Assembly: GCA_944358695.1 (NCBI GenBank)
Contig: CALVRM010000012.1
Location: forward strand, 11,471 to 75,470
Reading direction: 5' to 3'
Length of the DNA: 64,000 nt
From: an uncultured Bacilli bacterium
GTDB lineage: Bacteria > Bacillota_I > Bacilli_A > RF39 > UBA660
Numbering within the stretch: position 1 is the stretch's first letter; each line of letters begins with the position of its first letter. Below the pieces are notes generated by a model that was given only the letters and a program-made list of their open reading frames with translations, did no database searches and was not told where the DNA came from. The translations under genes were made by a program, and so were the position numbers. Shown here one piece after another: positions 49,016 to 58,343 of the stretch.

Positions 49016-49699
49016 ATGAAAAAAATATTATATATAATTGGCACATTAATTCTATCGGTGATTATTGTTTATTTGTTCACTCATTCTAGCAACAAAATTC
49101 CGGTAAAACAACAGCTAAAGAAAACAGATTTAACTAATATAAATAAAGTTATGATAATTGCTCATCCAGATGATGAATCAATCTGGGGTGGTGCCCACTT
49201 GTTACAAGATAATTATCTTGTTGTATGTATAACTTGCGGAGGGAATAGTACAAGGGTTAATGAAATCAATAAAGCTATGGATTATACAAAAGATAAGGTT
49301 ATTATGCTAGATTACCCAGATAAAGTCTGGAACAAGCGTAGTGATTGGAGAGCCGAAAAAAGCTTAATCAAGCAAGATATAAAAACAATTTTAAAATATA
49401 AGGATTGGAAGCAAGTGATTACTCATAACCCTGATGGGGAATATGGTCATATACAACATATGATCACTAGTCAAATTGTTACTGATATCTATGGCGCTCA
49501 GGAAAATCTTTATTATTTTGGCAAATATTATACCAAAAAAGCTTTAAATAAACTAGATAAAGAAACAACAATTGATAAAAAAATCTTAAAACAGAAAATT
49601 AAAATTTTACTTCCTATATATAAAAGTCAAAAATTTATTAATGATAAATTTGGACATATGTATCCATTTGAAGATTGGATTAAAAGCACTAATTGGTAA
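49016..49699 (+). CDS. PIG-L/LmbE family deacetylase with N-terminal membrane anchor
   Basis: Start MKKILYII after SD AAGGAG. AHPDDESIWGG motif and later HNPDGEYGH. Confidence 0.8.
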   Translation: MKKILYIIGTLILSVIIVYLFTHSSNKIPVKQQLKKTDLTNINKVMIIAHPDDESIWGGAHLLQDNYLVVCITCGGNSTRVNEINKAMDYTKDKVIMLDYPDKVWNKRSDWRAEKSLIKQDIKTILKYKDWKQVITHNPDGEYGHIQHMITSQIVTDIYGAQENLYYFGKYYTKKALNKLDKETTIDKKILKQKIKILLPIYKSQKFINDKFGHMYPFEDWIKSTNW

Positions 49700-49762
49700 A
49701 ATAAAAATTTGATAAAAGCATAAACAATTGTACTAGAGTAAGTAACACAAGGAGGCAGTAAT

Positions 49763-52318
49763 ATGAGCAAGCTCAATAGAAAAGATTATTTAAACATTAG
49801 TTTTTTAGTCTTACTATATTTAATAATAGTTTTAGTACTTACTCATGGCCAATATTTATATGGTTCTACCGTAGATTGGGAAACTCAACATTGGGCCATT
49901 CCAGAATATTTTCGTAATCTTTTTTATTATACTAATGAATTATTACCTAATTTTGCCCCCAATTTAGGTGGCGGACAAAATATCTTCTATTTCGCATATT
50001 ATGGCTTTTTAAGCCCTATAATTTTAATTTCTTATTTATTTCCGAATGTTCAAATGCATGATTATATTAGTCTAAGCAGCATGCTCATGGTGATATTAAG
50101 CGTAATATTGCTTTATAAATGGTTAAAAAATAATAATTTTAAAACTAGTATCTGTTTCGCAGTATCGTTATTATTTTTATGTGCTGGACCTTTAATTTTT
50201 CAAAGCCATCGCCATATTATGTTTATGAATTATATGCCCTTCCTCATAATGGCTTTTATGGCTATTGATAGTTATTTTCAAACAGGGAAACGAGCATTGC
50301 TCATTGCTAGTACATTTTTAATCATTATGACAAGTTATTTTTATAGTGTTGGAGCTTTACTTAGTATTATTATATATGGCGTTTATATTTATTTAAGGAA
50401 AAATCGTAATACCAATATTAAACAGTTCGTCAAAGCAGCGTTTTTATTCGCCATACCAATAATTGTCGCGATTTTAATGGCCTGCATACTCCTATTGCCT
50501 GTAATATATGTCTTATTAAATGGTCGCATTCACGGGGATGTTCCTCTTAATATCTTTAATCTTATTATTCCTCATTTTGGATTAGAATATATTTTGTATA
50601 GTCCATATTCAGTTGGATTAGGGGCCATTGTTGTTATTGCTTTATTTTGTAATTTAATGTTTAGAAAAATTGATAATTTATTTTTAAACATTACCTTAAT
50701 CGCTATCGTTACCGCAAACGTTTTTGTATACATTTTAAATGGTACATTATATTTGGATGGAAAAGCACTAATTCCGTTATTGCCATTATATTGTTTAGTA
50801 ATTGCCAAGTTTTTAAATCGTGTTATTTCTAGAAGATTAGCTTTTTACAATATATTATCAATGTTTGCAATAACTGTAATATTGGCTATTATTTTTGCTA
50901 GTAAAGAATATGCACTATTGTATATAATTGATGGATTATTTGTTATTTATTTAATAAATTTTTATTATAAATCGCGTAGTGAGCAGCGCTTATTTATACC
51001 TTTAATTATAGTTTCTCTAATCATCTGTCTAGGTGTTAATGTTAAGGACCAACTTGTTGAAATCCATCAAAAACAAAATAATGAAGAGATAACGCAACTA
51101 GCCAAATATGCGCTAGATCACGACAATGACTATTATCGTATTTACAGCGACATTAAAGGTACTACACAAAGTGTTAACCGAATTTTAGATCCAAGGCAAA
51201 ATTTATTGACGCTATACTCTTCAACATATAATAAAGAATATAATCGCTTTTTCTATCACACATTTAATAACAACATTAAATATCGAAACTCTGTTATTAC
51301 CCATGAAAACGACAATATAATGTTTGAAACATTTATGGGTGTGAAATATTTGATAACTAATAAAGTTCCTTCTATTGGATATCAGGAGGTAAGAAAGGGG
51401 AGCAATTATACTCTCTATGTTAACGAAAATTCATTGCCGATTGGTTATGCAAGCAATCAAATATTAAGTGAGGAACAATATAATGCTTTAAAGTATCCAT
51501 TTAAGTTAGAAGCTTTAATGAATAACATTATTGTTCCACAAGCTGAAAATAAAACTATAATGTCACATATGGAAAAAATAAAGCTGCATTTTAAAAAAGA
51601 AGAAATTATAAATCTTGATATTGATAAGCAAGGAAAAACTTTTCACGTAAAAACTAAAAATGATAAACCAGGATATATTAATTTAACCCTTAACCAACAA
51701 ATAAAAAATAAACTATTACTAATCAGAGTTCATATTTCGAATCCTCAATCGTGCACCCTAGGTGATACTTCAATTACAATCAATGGTGTAAAAAATAAAT
51801 TAACTTGCCGTGAATGGAAATACTATAACCATAATCAAACTTTCGACTACACTTTATCTAGTCCAAAGACAATTGAAAATTTAAAAATAAAATTTGCCAA
51901 AGGAGAATATACGATTAATAACATTCAAATATATACCATAGATTACAACCGCATATCCAGCTTAAAAGAAAATGTTGATGAATTTCAAATTAATACTAAA
52001 AATACATATGGTGATAAAATAAGTGGGATAGTCGATGTTAAAAACGATGGATATTTTGTTTTAAGCATTCCTTATGACGAAGGTTTTACTATTAAAGTTG
52101 ATGGTAAAAAAGTTTATTATGAGAAGGTAAATGGAGCTTTTATAGGATTTCCAATAAAAAAAGGTTATCATACAGTAGATATTACTTATGTATCCCCAAA
52201 CTTTAAGTTTGGTAAAAAAATAAGTATTATAGGACTAGCTTTATTTATTATTATTGTTGTTTACGATTTTTATTTTAAAAATAAAAAAAGGCGCCGAAAA
52301 AAGACTAAAAATGTATAA
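49763..52318 (+). CDS. YfhO family polytopic membrane protein (glycosyltransferase-C-like)
   Basis: 851 aa with about 13 or more TM segments. N-terminal Y.GSTVDWETQHW...GGGQNIFYFAYYGFLSP resembles the YfhO family. Large extracytoplasmic C-domain plus a terminal TM. Confidence 0.65.
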   Translation: MSKLNRKDYLNISFLVLLYLIIVLVLTHGQYLYGSTVDWETQHWAIPEYFRNLFYYTNELLPNFAPNLGGGQNIFYFAYYGFLSPIILISYLFPNVQMHDYISLSSMLMVILSVILLYKWLKNNNFKTSICFAVSLLFLCAGPLIFQSHRHIMFMNYMPFLIMAFMAIDSYFQTGKRALLIASTFLIIMTSYFYSVGALLSIIIYGVYIYLRKNRNTNIKQFVKAAFLFAIPIIVAILMACILLLPVIYVLLNGRIHGDVPLNIFNLIIPHFGLEYILYSPYSVGLGAIVVIALFCNLMFRKIDNLFLNITLIAIVTANVFVYILNGTLYLDGKALIPLLPLYCLVIAKFLNRVISRRLAFYNILSMFAITVILAIIFASKEYALLYIIDGLFVIYLINFYYKSRSEQRLFIPLIIVSLIICLGVNVKDQLVEIHQKQNNEEITQLAKYALDHDNDYYRIYSDIKGTTQSVNRILDPRQNLLTLYSSTYNKEYNRFFYHTFNNNIKYRNSVITHENDNIMFETFMGVKYLITNKVPSIGYQEVRKGSNYTLYVNENSLPIGYASNQILSEEQYNALKYPFKLEALMNNIIVPQAENKTIMSHMEKIKLHFKKEEIINLDIDKQGKTFHVKTKNDKPGYINLTLNQQIKNKLLLIRVHISNPQSCTLGDTSITINGVKNKLTCREWKYYNHNQTFDYTLSSPKTIENLKIKFAKGEYTINNIQIYTIDYNRISSLKENVDEFQINTKNTYGDKISGIVDVKNDGYFVLSIPYDEGFTIKVDGKKVYYEKVNGAFIGFPIKKGYHTVDITYVSPNFKFGKKISIIGLALFIIIVVYDFYFKNKKRRRKKTKNV

Positions 52319-52325
52319 TTAATTA

Positions 52326-52353
52326 AAAAACATTGCACAAAATGTTTTTTTTA
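52326..52353 (+). terminator. Intrinsic terminator after the YfhO-like gene
   Basis: AAACATT-gcacaa-AATGTTT followed by a T-run. Confidence 0.7.
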
Positions 52354-52429
52354 ATAATTAAGGTGAAAAAGCAGGAAATAATAAATTGCCGCTGTATGAT
52401 TTAAATAAAGGGGCAAGGAAGGAGAAAAA

Positions 52430-53311
52430 ATGAAGAAATTCAGAGTTTTAATTTTAGGAATTATATTGTTTGTTTTATCGGTAGAAGGAATAAAAGCAGA
52501 GACTATTAGCTATAAACGACTAGATAATATTTATTTTAACCTTACAGTTGACGGGCGCACTACTTCAAATCATGTTACTATGTTTTATCTAGACGATAGG
52601 CTAGCCTATTGTATTGAACCAGGGAAAGATATTACCACCAAGGTTTATAATGCCCTGCCTAATTGGAATGGAACTAATCTCAGTTTAGAAACACAAAAAT
52701 ATATAGAAAAAATAGGTTATTATGGTTATGAGTATCCCAATCACCAAACACCTAAATATTATATCGCCACCCAAGAATTAATTTGGCGTGCTATCAAAAA
52801 TGTCGATATATATTTTACAACTCAAAAGGATGGTCGGGGTGATATTATAGACCTTAGCGCCGAAAAAAGAGAAATATTGTCGCTAGTAGAAAAGCACGAT
52901 GTAATTCCATCATTTACTAATACGACCATTGAAGGAAAAGTTAGTGAAACTTTAACTGTTTTTGATGATAACAATGTATTAGAAAATTTTAATATTAGTG
53001 AAAGTAAATACCACCAAATTGTAAAGAAAGATAATCAATTAGATATTACTTTTAATAAAGAAGTAAAAGAAGAAGAACTAACTTTAAGTAGAAACAATTA
53101 TGATAATTTAACTTTATTAGTTTATCACATGCAAGACTCGCAAAAACTAGCTGCTTTGAGGTTTTCAATAAAAGAAGATTACAAGTTTCAGTTAAAAAGT
53201 GTCGAAAAGCCTAAGGAGATTGTTAAAGTTCCTAGTACAAGCATTTCTAAAAGTTCAGTTCAATTTGGCGTGTTAAAATTTTATCAAAATGATAGCAGCC
53301 ACTTTAATTAA
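52430..53311 (+). CDS. Secreted thioester-domain-like (TQXA) surface protein lacking a canonical sorting signal
   Basis: Signal peptide. The only Cys lies in LAYCIEPG (Cys61), and ATQELIW (Gln115) matches the Cys-Gln thioester motifs YC(I/L).. and TQxA(I/V)W. Sortase gene adjacent. Confidence 0.5.
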   Translation: MKKFRVLILGIILFVLSVEGIKAETISYKRLDNIYFNLTVDGRTTSNHVTMFYLDDRLAYCIEPGKDITTKVYNALPNWNGTNLSLETQKYIEKIGYYGYEYPNHQTPKYYIATQELIWRAIKNVDIYFTTQKDGRGDIIDLSAEKREILSLVEKHDVIPSFTNTTIEGKVSETLTVFDDNNVLENFNISESKYHQIVKKDNQLDITFNKEVKEEELTLSRNNYDNLTLLVYHMQDSQKLAALRFSIKEDYKFQLKSVEKPKEIVKVPSTSISKSSVQFGVLKFYQNDSSHFN

Positions 53312-53807
53312 AATGTCTTTTATGCTTAATCAAATAACCTTCGATATTAAGAAAATAGAAGTTGCCAAGCCAACTATTAAAATTGAACAATATTATTATC
53401 AAAATCCTGTTTTAGAAATTCCTAAGATTAATTTGAAAAAAGAAGTATATCCAAACAATCAAGAAAAAAACACAGTTTCGAAAAATATTCAAGTAATAGA
53501 AGGGTCCAATATGCCTAATATTCAAAATGGCAATTTCATTTTAGCCGCACATAGTGGTAATTCAGATATTGCATATTTTAAGGATTTAGATAAAATATCA
53601 CAAAATAATGAAATATATGTATACTATCAAAATCGAAAGTATCGCTATATTATTGGTGATATTTATGATGTATTAAAAACTGGATATGTTGAAATAAAGC
53701 GTAATAGAAATAAATCTACAATTACTTTAATAACATGCAAAAAAGGGACGAATCTACAAACGGTATATATTGGGTACTTAATTAATACAACGGTAATCCC
53801 AGCATAA
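53289..53807 (+). CDS. Sortase family transpeptidase (short; start uncertain, alternative ATG at 53313)
   Basis: LAAHSG (His) and TLITC (Cys) motifs. No clear N-terminal TM. Confidence 0.7.
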   Translation: MIAATLIKMSFMLNQITFDIKKIEVAKPTIKIEQYYYQNPVLEIPKINLKKEVYPNNQEKNTVSKNIQVIEGSNMPNIQNGNFILAAHSGNSDIAYFKDLDKISQNNEIYVYYQNRKYRYIIGDIYDVLKTGYVEIKRNRNKSTITLITCKKGTNLQTVYIGYLINTTVIPA

Positions 53808-53846
53808 ATTAGTTAAATAAATAACGAATAAATTACAATAAAAATG

Positions 53847-53926
53847 AGCACTAGATTAAATTATAACCAATCAGTTATATTAAAAAGAGCTTTATAGGTT
53901 ATATTTAATTTTAAGTGCTATTTTTT
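53847..53926 (+). terminator. Long imperfect hairpin plus T-run after the sortase gene
   Basis: AGCACTAGATTAAATTATAACC ... GGTTATATTTAATTTTAAGTGCT followed by T6. Confidence 0.6.
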
Positions 53927-54072
53927 ATAAAAAACTTACTTTCATCATATTATTCGCACGGAAATATTTTATATTAAAAATAATTGAACCATATATATAA
54001 TTCAAAATTTAGTCATGTCTAGATTTTTTCATTTGAAGCTAAGAACACACATATACTTTAATAGGTGATTTA

Positions 54073-54735
54073 ATGTTTAACTATAAAATAGGTGTATTTC
54101 TAGCTTTTATAGCATTATTATGTGCATTTAATTTTGTTAATGCTGAAAATAAAAATTTACCCCTTTTATCTAAGGTCATATATTTAGACCCAGGACATGG
54201 TGGGGCAGATAGTGGTGCTTATTACAAAGGTATTAAGGAATCGGATTTAAATTTACAGTTAAGTAAAAGGATAATGAAAGCATTAAAAGAAGATGGGGCA
54301 ACAGTATATTTAACTCGTTATGATGATTATGACTTGGCGGTTAATAACGCCTATAACCGTAAACGCAGTGATTTATCTAGACGAGCTAATATAATTAATA
54401 AATCCGGCTGTGATATGTTTATATCCGTGCACTTAAACGCTGACTCAACAGAAAGTTGGTATGGAGCGCAAGCTTATTATGATAATATTAATTCAAAAAA
54501 TGAACAAATAGCCAAAGTATTTCAAGAAGAATTAAAACGCTATTTAAATACAGAGCGCGAATATAAAGAAAACAATACAAAATACATGCAGCATCGAATT
54601 AATCGGCCAGGAATATTATTGGAAGCCGGCTTTTTATCAAATCCTAATGAACGGTATCTTTTGCAAAAAAGATCGTATCAGGATAAAATAGCAGAAGTAG
54701 TTAGAAAAGCTGTTGTCAAATATTATAGTAGTTAG
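54073..54735 (+). CDS. cwlD: Germination-specific N-acetylmuramoyl-L-alanine amidase CwlD-like
   Basis: VIYLDPGHGGADSGA...ESDLNL...ISVHLNA...LLEAGFLSN (Amidase_3). Size and N-terminal anchor match CwlD. Confidence 0.85.
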   Translation: MFNYKIGVFLAFIALLCAFNFVNAENKNLPLLSKVIYLDPGHGGADSGAYYKGIKESDLNLQLSKRIMKALKEDGATVYLTRYDDYDLAVNNAYNRKRSDLSRRANIINKSGCDMFISVHLNADSTESWYGAQAYYDNINSKNEQIAKVFQEELKRYLNTEREYKENNTKYMQHRINRPGILLEAGFLSNPNERYLLQKRSYQDKIAEVVRKAVVKYYSS

Positions 54736-54800
54736 ATCTTTTCAAATGTTTATCACAAAAGCATGCTAAAATATGTTATAATTAATAATAGGTGATAGGC

Positions 54801-55742
54801 ATGACAAAATCGTCTAGTAAAATATTTAGAACAATAGATGAACAAATTAGCATATTGAGAAGAAAAGGATTAATCATCGAAAATGATTCTAAGACTAAAG
54901 ATCTATTATTAAGAGAAAATTATTTCTTTATAAGTGGATATCGTCATTTGTTTATGACTTCAAAAAAACCCGGAGTATTTTTACCAGGGACAAAATTTGA
55001 AGAGCTATATGCAGTTTTTGTTTTTGATCGTAAAATTAGAAACATCTTTTTTAAAAACATTTTAATAGTCGAAAACAACATTAAATCCATTATAAGTTAT
55101 CAATTATCAAAAAAATATGGTTTTAGGGATAAGGATTATTTAAATCCCCAAAATTTTACTCAGGACAAGCTGGCTAGTAGACAAGTTCATGATATTTTGA
55201 ATAAAGTACGCCGACAAATCAGAGTAAATGGGCGACAACACACCGCCACTCAACACTATATTGATAACTATGGATATATTCCAATGTGGGTATTAGTTAA
55301 AGTTTTATCATTTGGTATTGTAGCAGAATTTTACGGAATTTTAAAAGCCGATGATAAACAAGGTATTGCTAATTTCTATAAAATAGACGGCGAAGTTCTA
55401 GAACGTTATTTAACTTTACTATCGAATTTTAGAAATGTTTGTGCCCATGAAGACATTTTGTATGACCATCGTACTCAAAGATTCATTCCTGATAACAAAT
55501 ATCACGAAGCCTTGAATATCGAAAAGGTTGACGAAATTTATAAATACGGAAAAAACGACTTATTTAGCCTAGTTATAATGTTAAAATATTTGCTTAGAAA
55601 AGAAGAATTTTCTGAAATGCTTGACGAAATAGCCATCGAGGTGGAAATTTTAGATGAAGCAGTAGATACCATTTCGTTAGAAGCTATTTTAAATAAAATA
55701 GGCTTTCCTAACAATTGGAATGATATTGCTGATTTGGAATAG
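54801..55742 (+). CDS. Abi_2 (AbiD/AbiF-like) abortive-infection family protein
   Basis: FRTIDEQISILRRKGLII...LLRENYFFISGYRHLF...FRNVCAHED is typical of Pfam Abi_2. Confidence 0.75.
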   Translation: MTKSSSKIFRTIDEQISILRRKGLIIENDSKTKDLLLRENYFFISGYRHLFMTSKKPGVFLPGTKFEELYAVFVFDRKIRNIFFKNILIVENNIKSIISYQLSKKYGFRDKDYLNPQNFTQDKLASRQVHDILNKVRRQIRVNGRQHTATQHYIDNYGYIPMWVLVKVLSFGIVAEFYGILKADDKQGIANFYKIDGEVLERYLTLLSNFRNVCAHEDILYDHRTQRFIPDNKYHEALNIEKVDEIYKYGKNDLFSLVIMLKYLLRKEEFSEMLDEIAIEVEILDEAVDTISLEAILNKIGFPNNWNDIADLE

Positions 55743-55751
55743 GAGGAAATT

Positions 55752-56834
55752 ATGCGCGAAAAAATAATTTGGTTAATTATTATTTTAATAGTATTAACTG
55801 TCGGTATTATAGGAACTTTATATTTTGTTACAAAGGAAAACGAGGTTCAAACTGAAGGAACACACAAAAATGTAACAATTGAAGAAAATGATTCTATTAA
55901 CGAGGCAGTCAATAAAATATATAACGCTGTTGTAGTGGTTGAAGCATATAATCAAGGAAGACAAAGTAGCTCTGGAAGCGGTTTTGTCTATAAAAAAGAT
56001 AGTAAATATGGTTATATATTAACTAATTATCATGTAGTAGATGGTGCTTCCTCTTTAAAAATTGTGGATATGAATGGCAATGATGTTGAAGCAACTTATC
56101 TAGGCGGTGATAGTTATGCTGATATAGCGGTTATTAGAATCGATGCTAAAGCTGTTCTTGATGTTGCTTCAATCGGTGATAGCACTAAAGCAAAATTGGG
56201 AGATACAGTATTTACAGTGGGTACACCAATTAATAGTGAGTATATGGGTTCAGTAACAAAAGGTATTCTTTCGGGTGAAAATAGAACTATTACTGTTTCA
56301 GATCAATCTCAAGGTAGTTATATGATGGAGGTTTTACAAACTGATGCTTCGATCAATCCTGGAAATAGTGGTGGGCCACTGGTTAATATTAACGGTGAAG
56401 TGATCGGTATTACCTCAATGAAATTAGTCACTGATTCTATTGAGGGAATGGGATTTGCTATTCCAATTGAAATTGCGATGACCAGCGTAGATAAGCTTGA
56501 AAAGGGCGAAGAAATAAACCGTCCTTACATAGGTGTTTCTTTATATGATGCCAGTAATACCTCTATGCTATATCGCAACAATTTACGTTTAGATGATGAT
56601 CTAACCGAAGGAGCAGTTGTTGCTTCGGTTGAGGAGAATTCACCAGCTAGTGAGGCCGGATTAAATATCAATGACGTTATTTTGGAAGTTGATGACGTTA
56701 AAGTAAAAAGTACTGCTCATTTTAAATTTATGCTTTATAAACATGATATCGGTGATACGGTAAAATTAACAATTAGCCGCGATGGTAAAGAAAAAGATAT
56801 TTCGTTAAAACTTAATAAAACCTTGGGGGAATAA
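55752..56834 (+). CDS. htrA: HtrA/DegP-family serine protease with PDZ domain
   Basis: N-terminal TM, TNYHVV (His), DIAVI (Asp), GNSGGPL (Ser) and a C-terminal PDZ domain. Confidence 0.92.
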   Translation: MREKIIWLIIILIVLTVGIIGTLYFVTKENEVQTEGTHKNVTIEENDSINEAVNKIYNAVVVVEAYNQGRQSSSGSGFVYKKDSKYGYILTNYHVVDGASSLKIVDMNGNDVEATYLGGDSYADIAVIRIDAKAVLDVASIGDSTKAKLGDTVFTVGTPINSEYMGSVTKGILSGENRTITVSDQSQGSYMMEVLQTDASINPGNSGGPLVNINGEVIGITSMKLVTDSIEGMGFAIPIEIAMTSVDKLEKGEEINRPYIGVSLYDASNTSMLYRNNLRLDDDLTEGAVVASVEENSPASEAGLNINDVILEVDDVKVKSTAHFKFMLYKHDIGDTVKLTISRDGKEKDISLKLNKTLGE

Positions 56835-57023
56835 AATCCCTTTTTTATTTTGTTAAGAAGTTTCAAACTTATAAATTATAATATTAATAGACTTAATTCT
56901 CGAATATTGTAAGTTGGTTAAGTAGTGGGTTATTTTAAAACGTAATGGAAATTTAGTTTATATATAGCTATCTTTTAAACAAAGATAAATTTTTTAAATC
57001 ATTTGTTGTTTATTTTAATATAA

Positions 57024-57049
57024 TAAAAAACATAGGTAATTAGCCTATG
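57024..57049 (-). terminator. Intrinsic terminator of the minus-strand gene 57045-57605
   Basis: On the minus strand: CATAGG-ctaatta-CCTATG followed by T7. Confidence 0.7.
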
Positions 57050-57605
57050 CCTTTGTATTATATGTAATACCATCTCCCATATTTGGATGGTACTGAGTGT
57101 AAATAAAATCTATTACAAATAGAAAAATAAAAATAGTAACGATAACCAGTTTTACAGTGAAAGGTATTTTCGAAAATAAGTTTGTGAGAAAAGGTTCCAC
57201 AAAATATATAAGCAAACATCCGGCTAAGCCGAACACGATAGCTCCTTCTAAGCAAACCCGTCCGTTTATATTAATTAAATAATTGCTATAATCCCACCAA
57301 CGCATTCCTTTAGTAATTTCCAAATAATAACTAATAAAATATTCTAGTGTAGTACAGATCAACAAGGATGCTATGAATATTACAATGGGATGTTTTTTAA
57401 ATCGTTTTAAACATAACAGCACGAGAGTCCCCCCGAAACCATATATTGGTATCCAAGGGCCATATAAAGTGCCACTATTAACAAGCATACCCGTTGTTAT
57501 TAGTTTGATTACAACTTCCCAAAGATAACCAATAAAAGAAAAGATTAAGAAAAGTAAAATATAATTTGCTATATTATTAACTATCTCCTTTTTCAAACTA
57601 ACCAC
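57045..57605 (-). CDS. Polytopic membrane protein, PF06541 (DUF1113/CmpB-like) family
   Basis: YGPWIPIYGFGG and RWWDYS motifs typical of this family. GTG start. Confidence 0.65.
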   Translation of the reverse strand: MVSLKKEIVNNIANYILLFLIFSFIGYLWEVVIKLITTGMLVNSGTLYGPWIPIYGFGGTLVLLCLKRFKKHPIVIFIASLLICTTLEYFISYYLEITKGMRWWDYSNYLININGRVCLEGAIVFGLAGCLLIYFVEPFLTNLFSKIPFTVKLVIVTIFIFLFVIDFIYTQYHPNMGDGITYNTKA

Positions 57606-57681
57606 TCACTTCCACTATTACTATTTTAACAAAAAAACTAATAAAATAATAGTATATAAAAAAACAATACTAAATTGTTTC

Positions 57682-58107
57682 TTAATGTAGTTCCTTGCAT
57701 TCCCCAGCTGCTGGTTGGTAAAAGCAATGCCCTTTATAACGACCTGACAATTCTTGCCCCCACCAGGTCGATTGGCAGGATTGATTAGAAGAAGGTGCAT
57801 AAAACCATAATGCATTGGTAGCTGGATAGTAATATTCTCCCCTGATAACACGATCGGCTAAATTTTGTTCTAAAGTTGTCGGGTTACTGTAAAATAAAGG
57901 ACTATTTACACCTGAAAAACCACCTGGAGATTGATAGGCAACTTCGGGAATGGTACGCGTATTTTTAAAATCTAAACAGTTAGCAATAGCTCTATTAACT
58001 ACAACATTACCAACCATCAACATACCTAAATCGCCTTCACCAACAGCTTCAGCTCGCATTAATCGTGCCAGCATGTCACGATCTTTAGTAGTTGTTTGAA
58101 TAATCAT
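57682..58107 (-). CDS. SleB-type cell wall hydrolase (Hydrolase_2 catalytic domain only)
   Basis: LARLMRAEAVGEGDLGMLMVGNVVVNR...ALWFY...HCFY resembles the SleB/CwlJ catalytic domain. Confidence 0.8.
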   Translation of the reverse strand: MIIQTTTKDRDMLARLMRAEAVGEGDLGMLMVGNVVVNRAIANCLDFKNTRTIPEVAYQSPGGFSGVNSPLFYSNPTTLEQNLADRVIRGEYYYPATNALWFYAPSSNQSCQSTWWGQELSGRYKGHCFYQPAAGECKELH

Positions 58108-58289
58108 ATCATCACCTAATATAATATATGAAAAAAAATAAAGTTATTGAATAAAATATCAGTATATGGTATAATTAACATGCTTGAACGTTTACAGTAA
58201 ACTGTCAAGTCGATTAAGCCAATTTTGATATAATTTAATTTTTGTTAATAAATTTTAATTGATTTTGATCGATTTTGTCTTTGGACATA

Positions 58290-58319
58290 TTGATTAAGAT
58301 TAGTAAAATTTGTTATAAT
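58290..58319 (+). promoter_or_regulatory. Putative promoter of the tRNA gene
   Basis: TTGATT, 18 nt, TGtTATAAT, about 25 nt upstream of tRNA position 1. A second TTGAAT-17-TATAAT lies at 58148-58176. Confidence 0.45.
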
Positions 58320-58343
58320 AGATTTGCTTGAAAAAGCAATTAT

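Noticed and set aside
53940-54072. Possible sporulation-sigma (sigma-E or sigma-G) promoter upstream of cwlD (CATATACT near 54046)
   Set aside because: AT-rich DNA yields many near-matches. I could not find a convincing -35 partner at the correct spacing.
57621-57851. ORFs overlapping the sleB-like and PF06541 genes in other frames (57621-57851, 57058-57255)
   Set aside because: They are alternative-frame overlaps with confidently assigned genes and have no independent signals.
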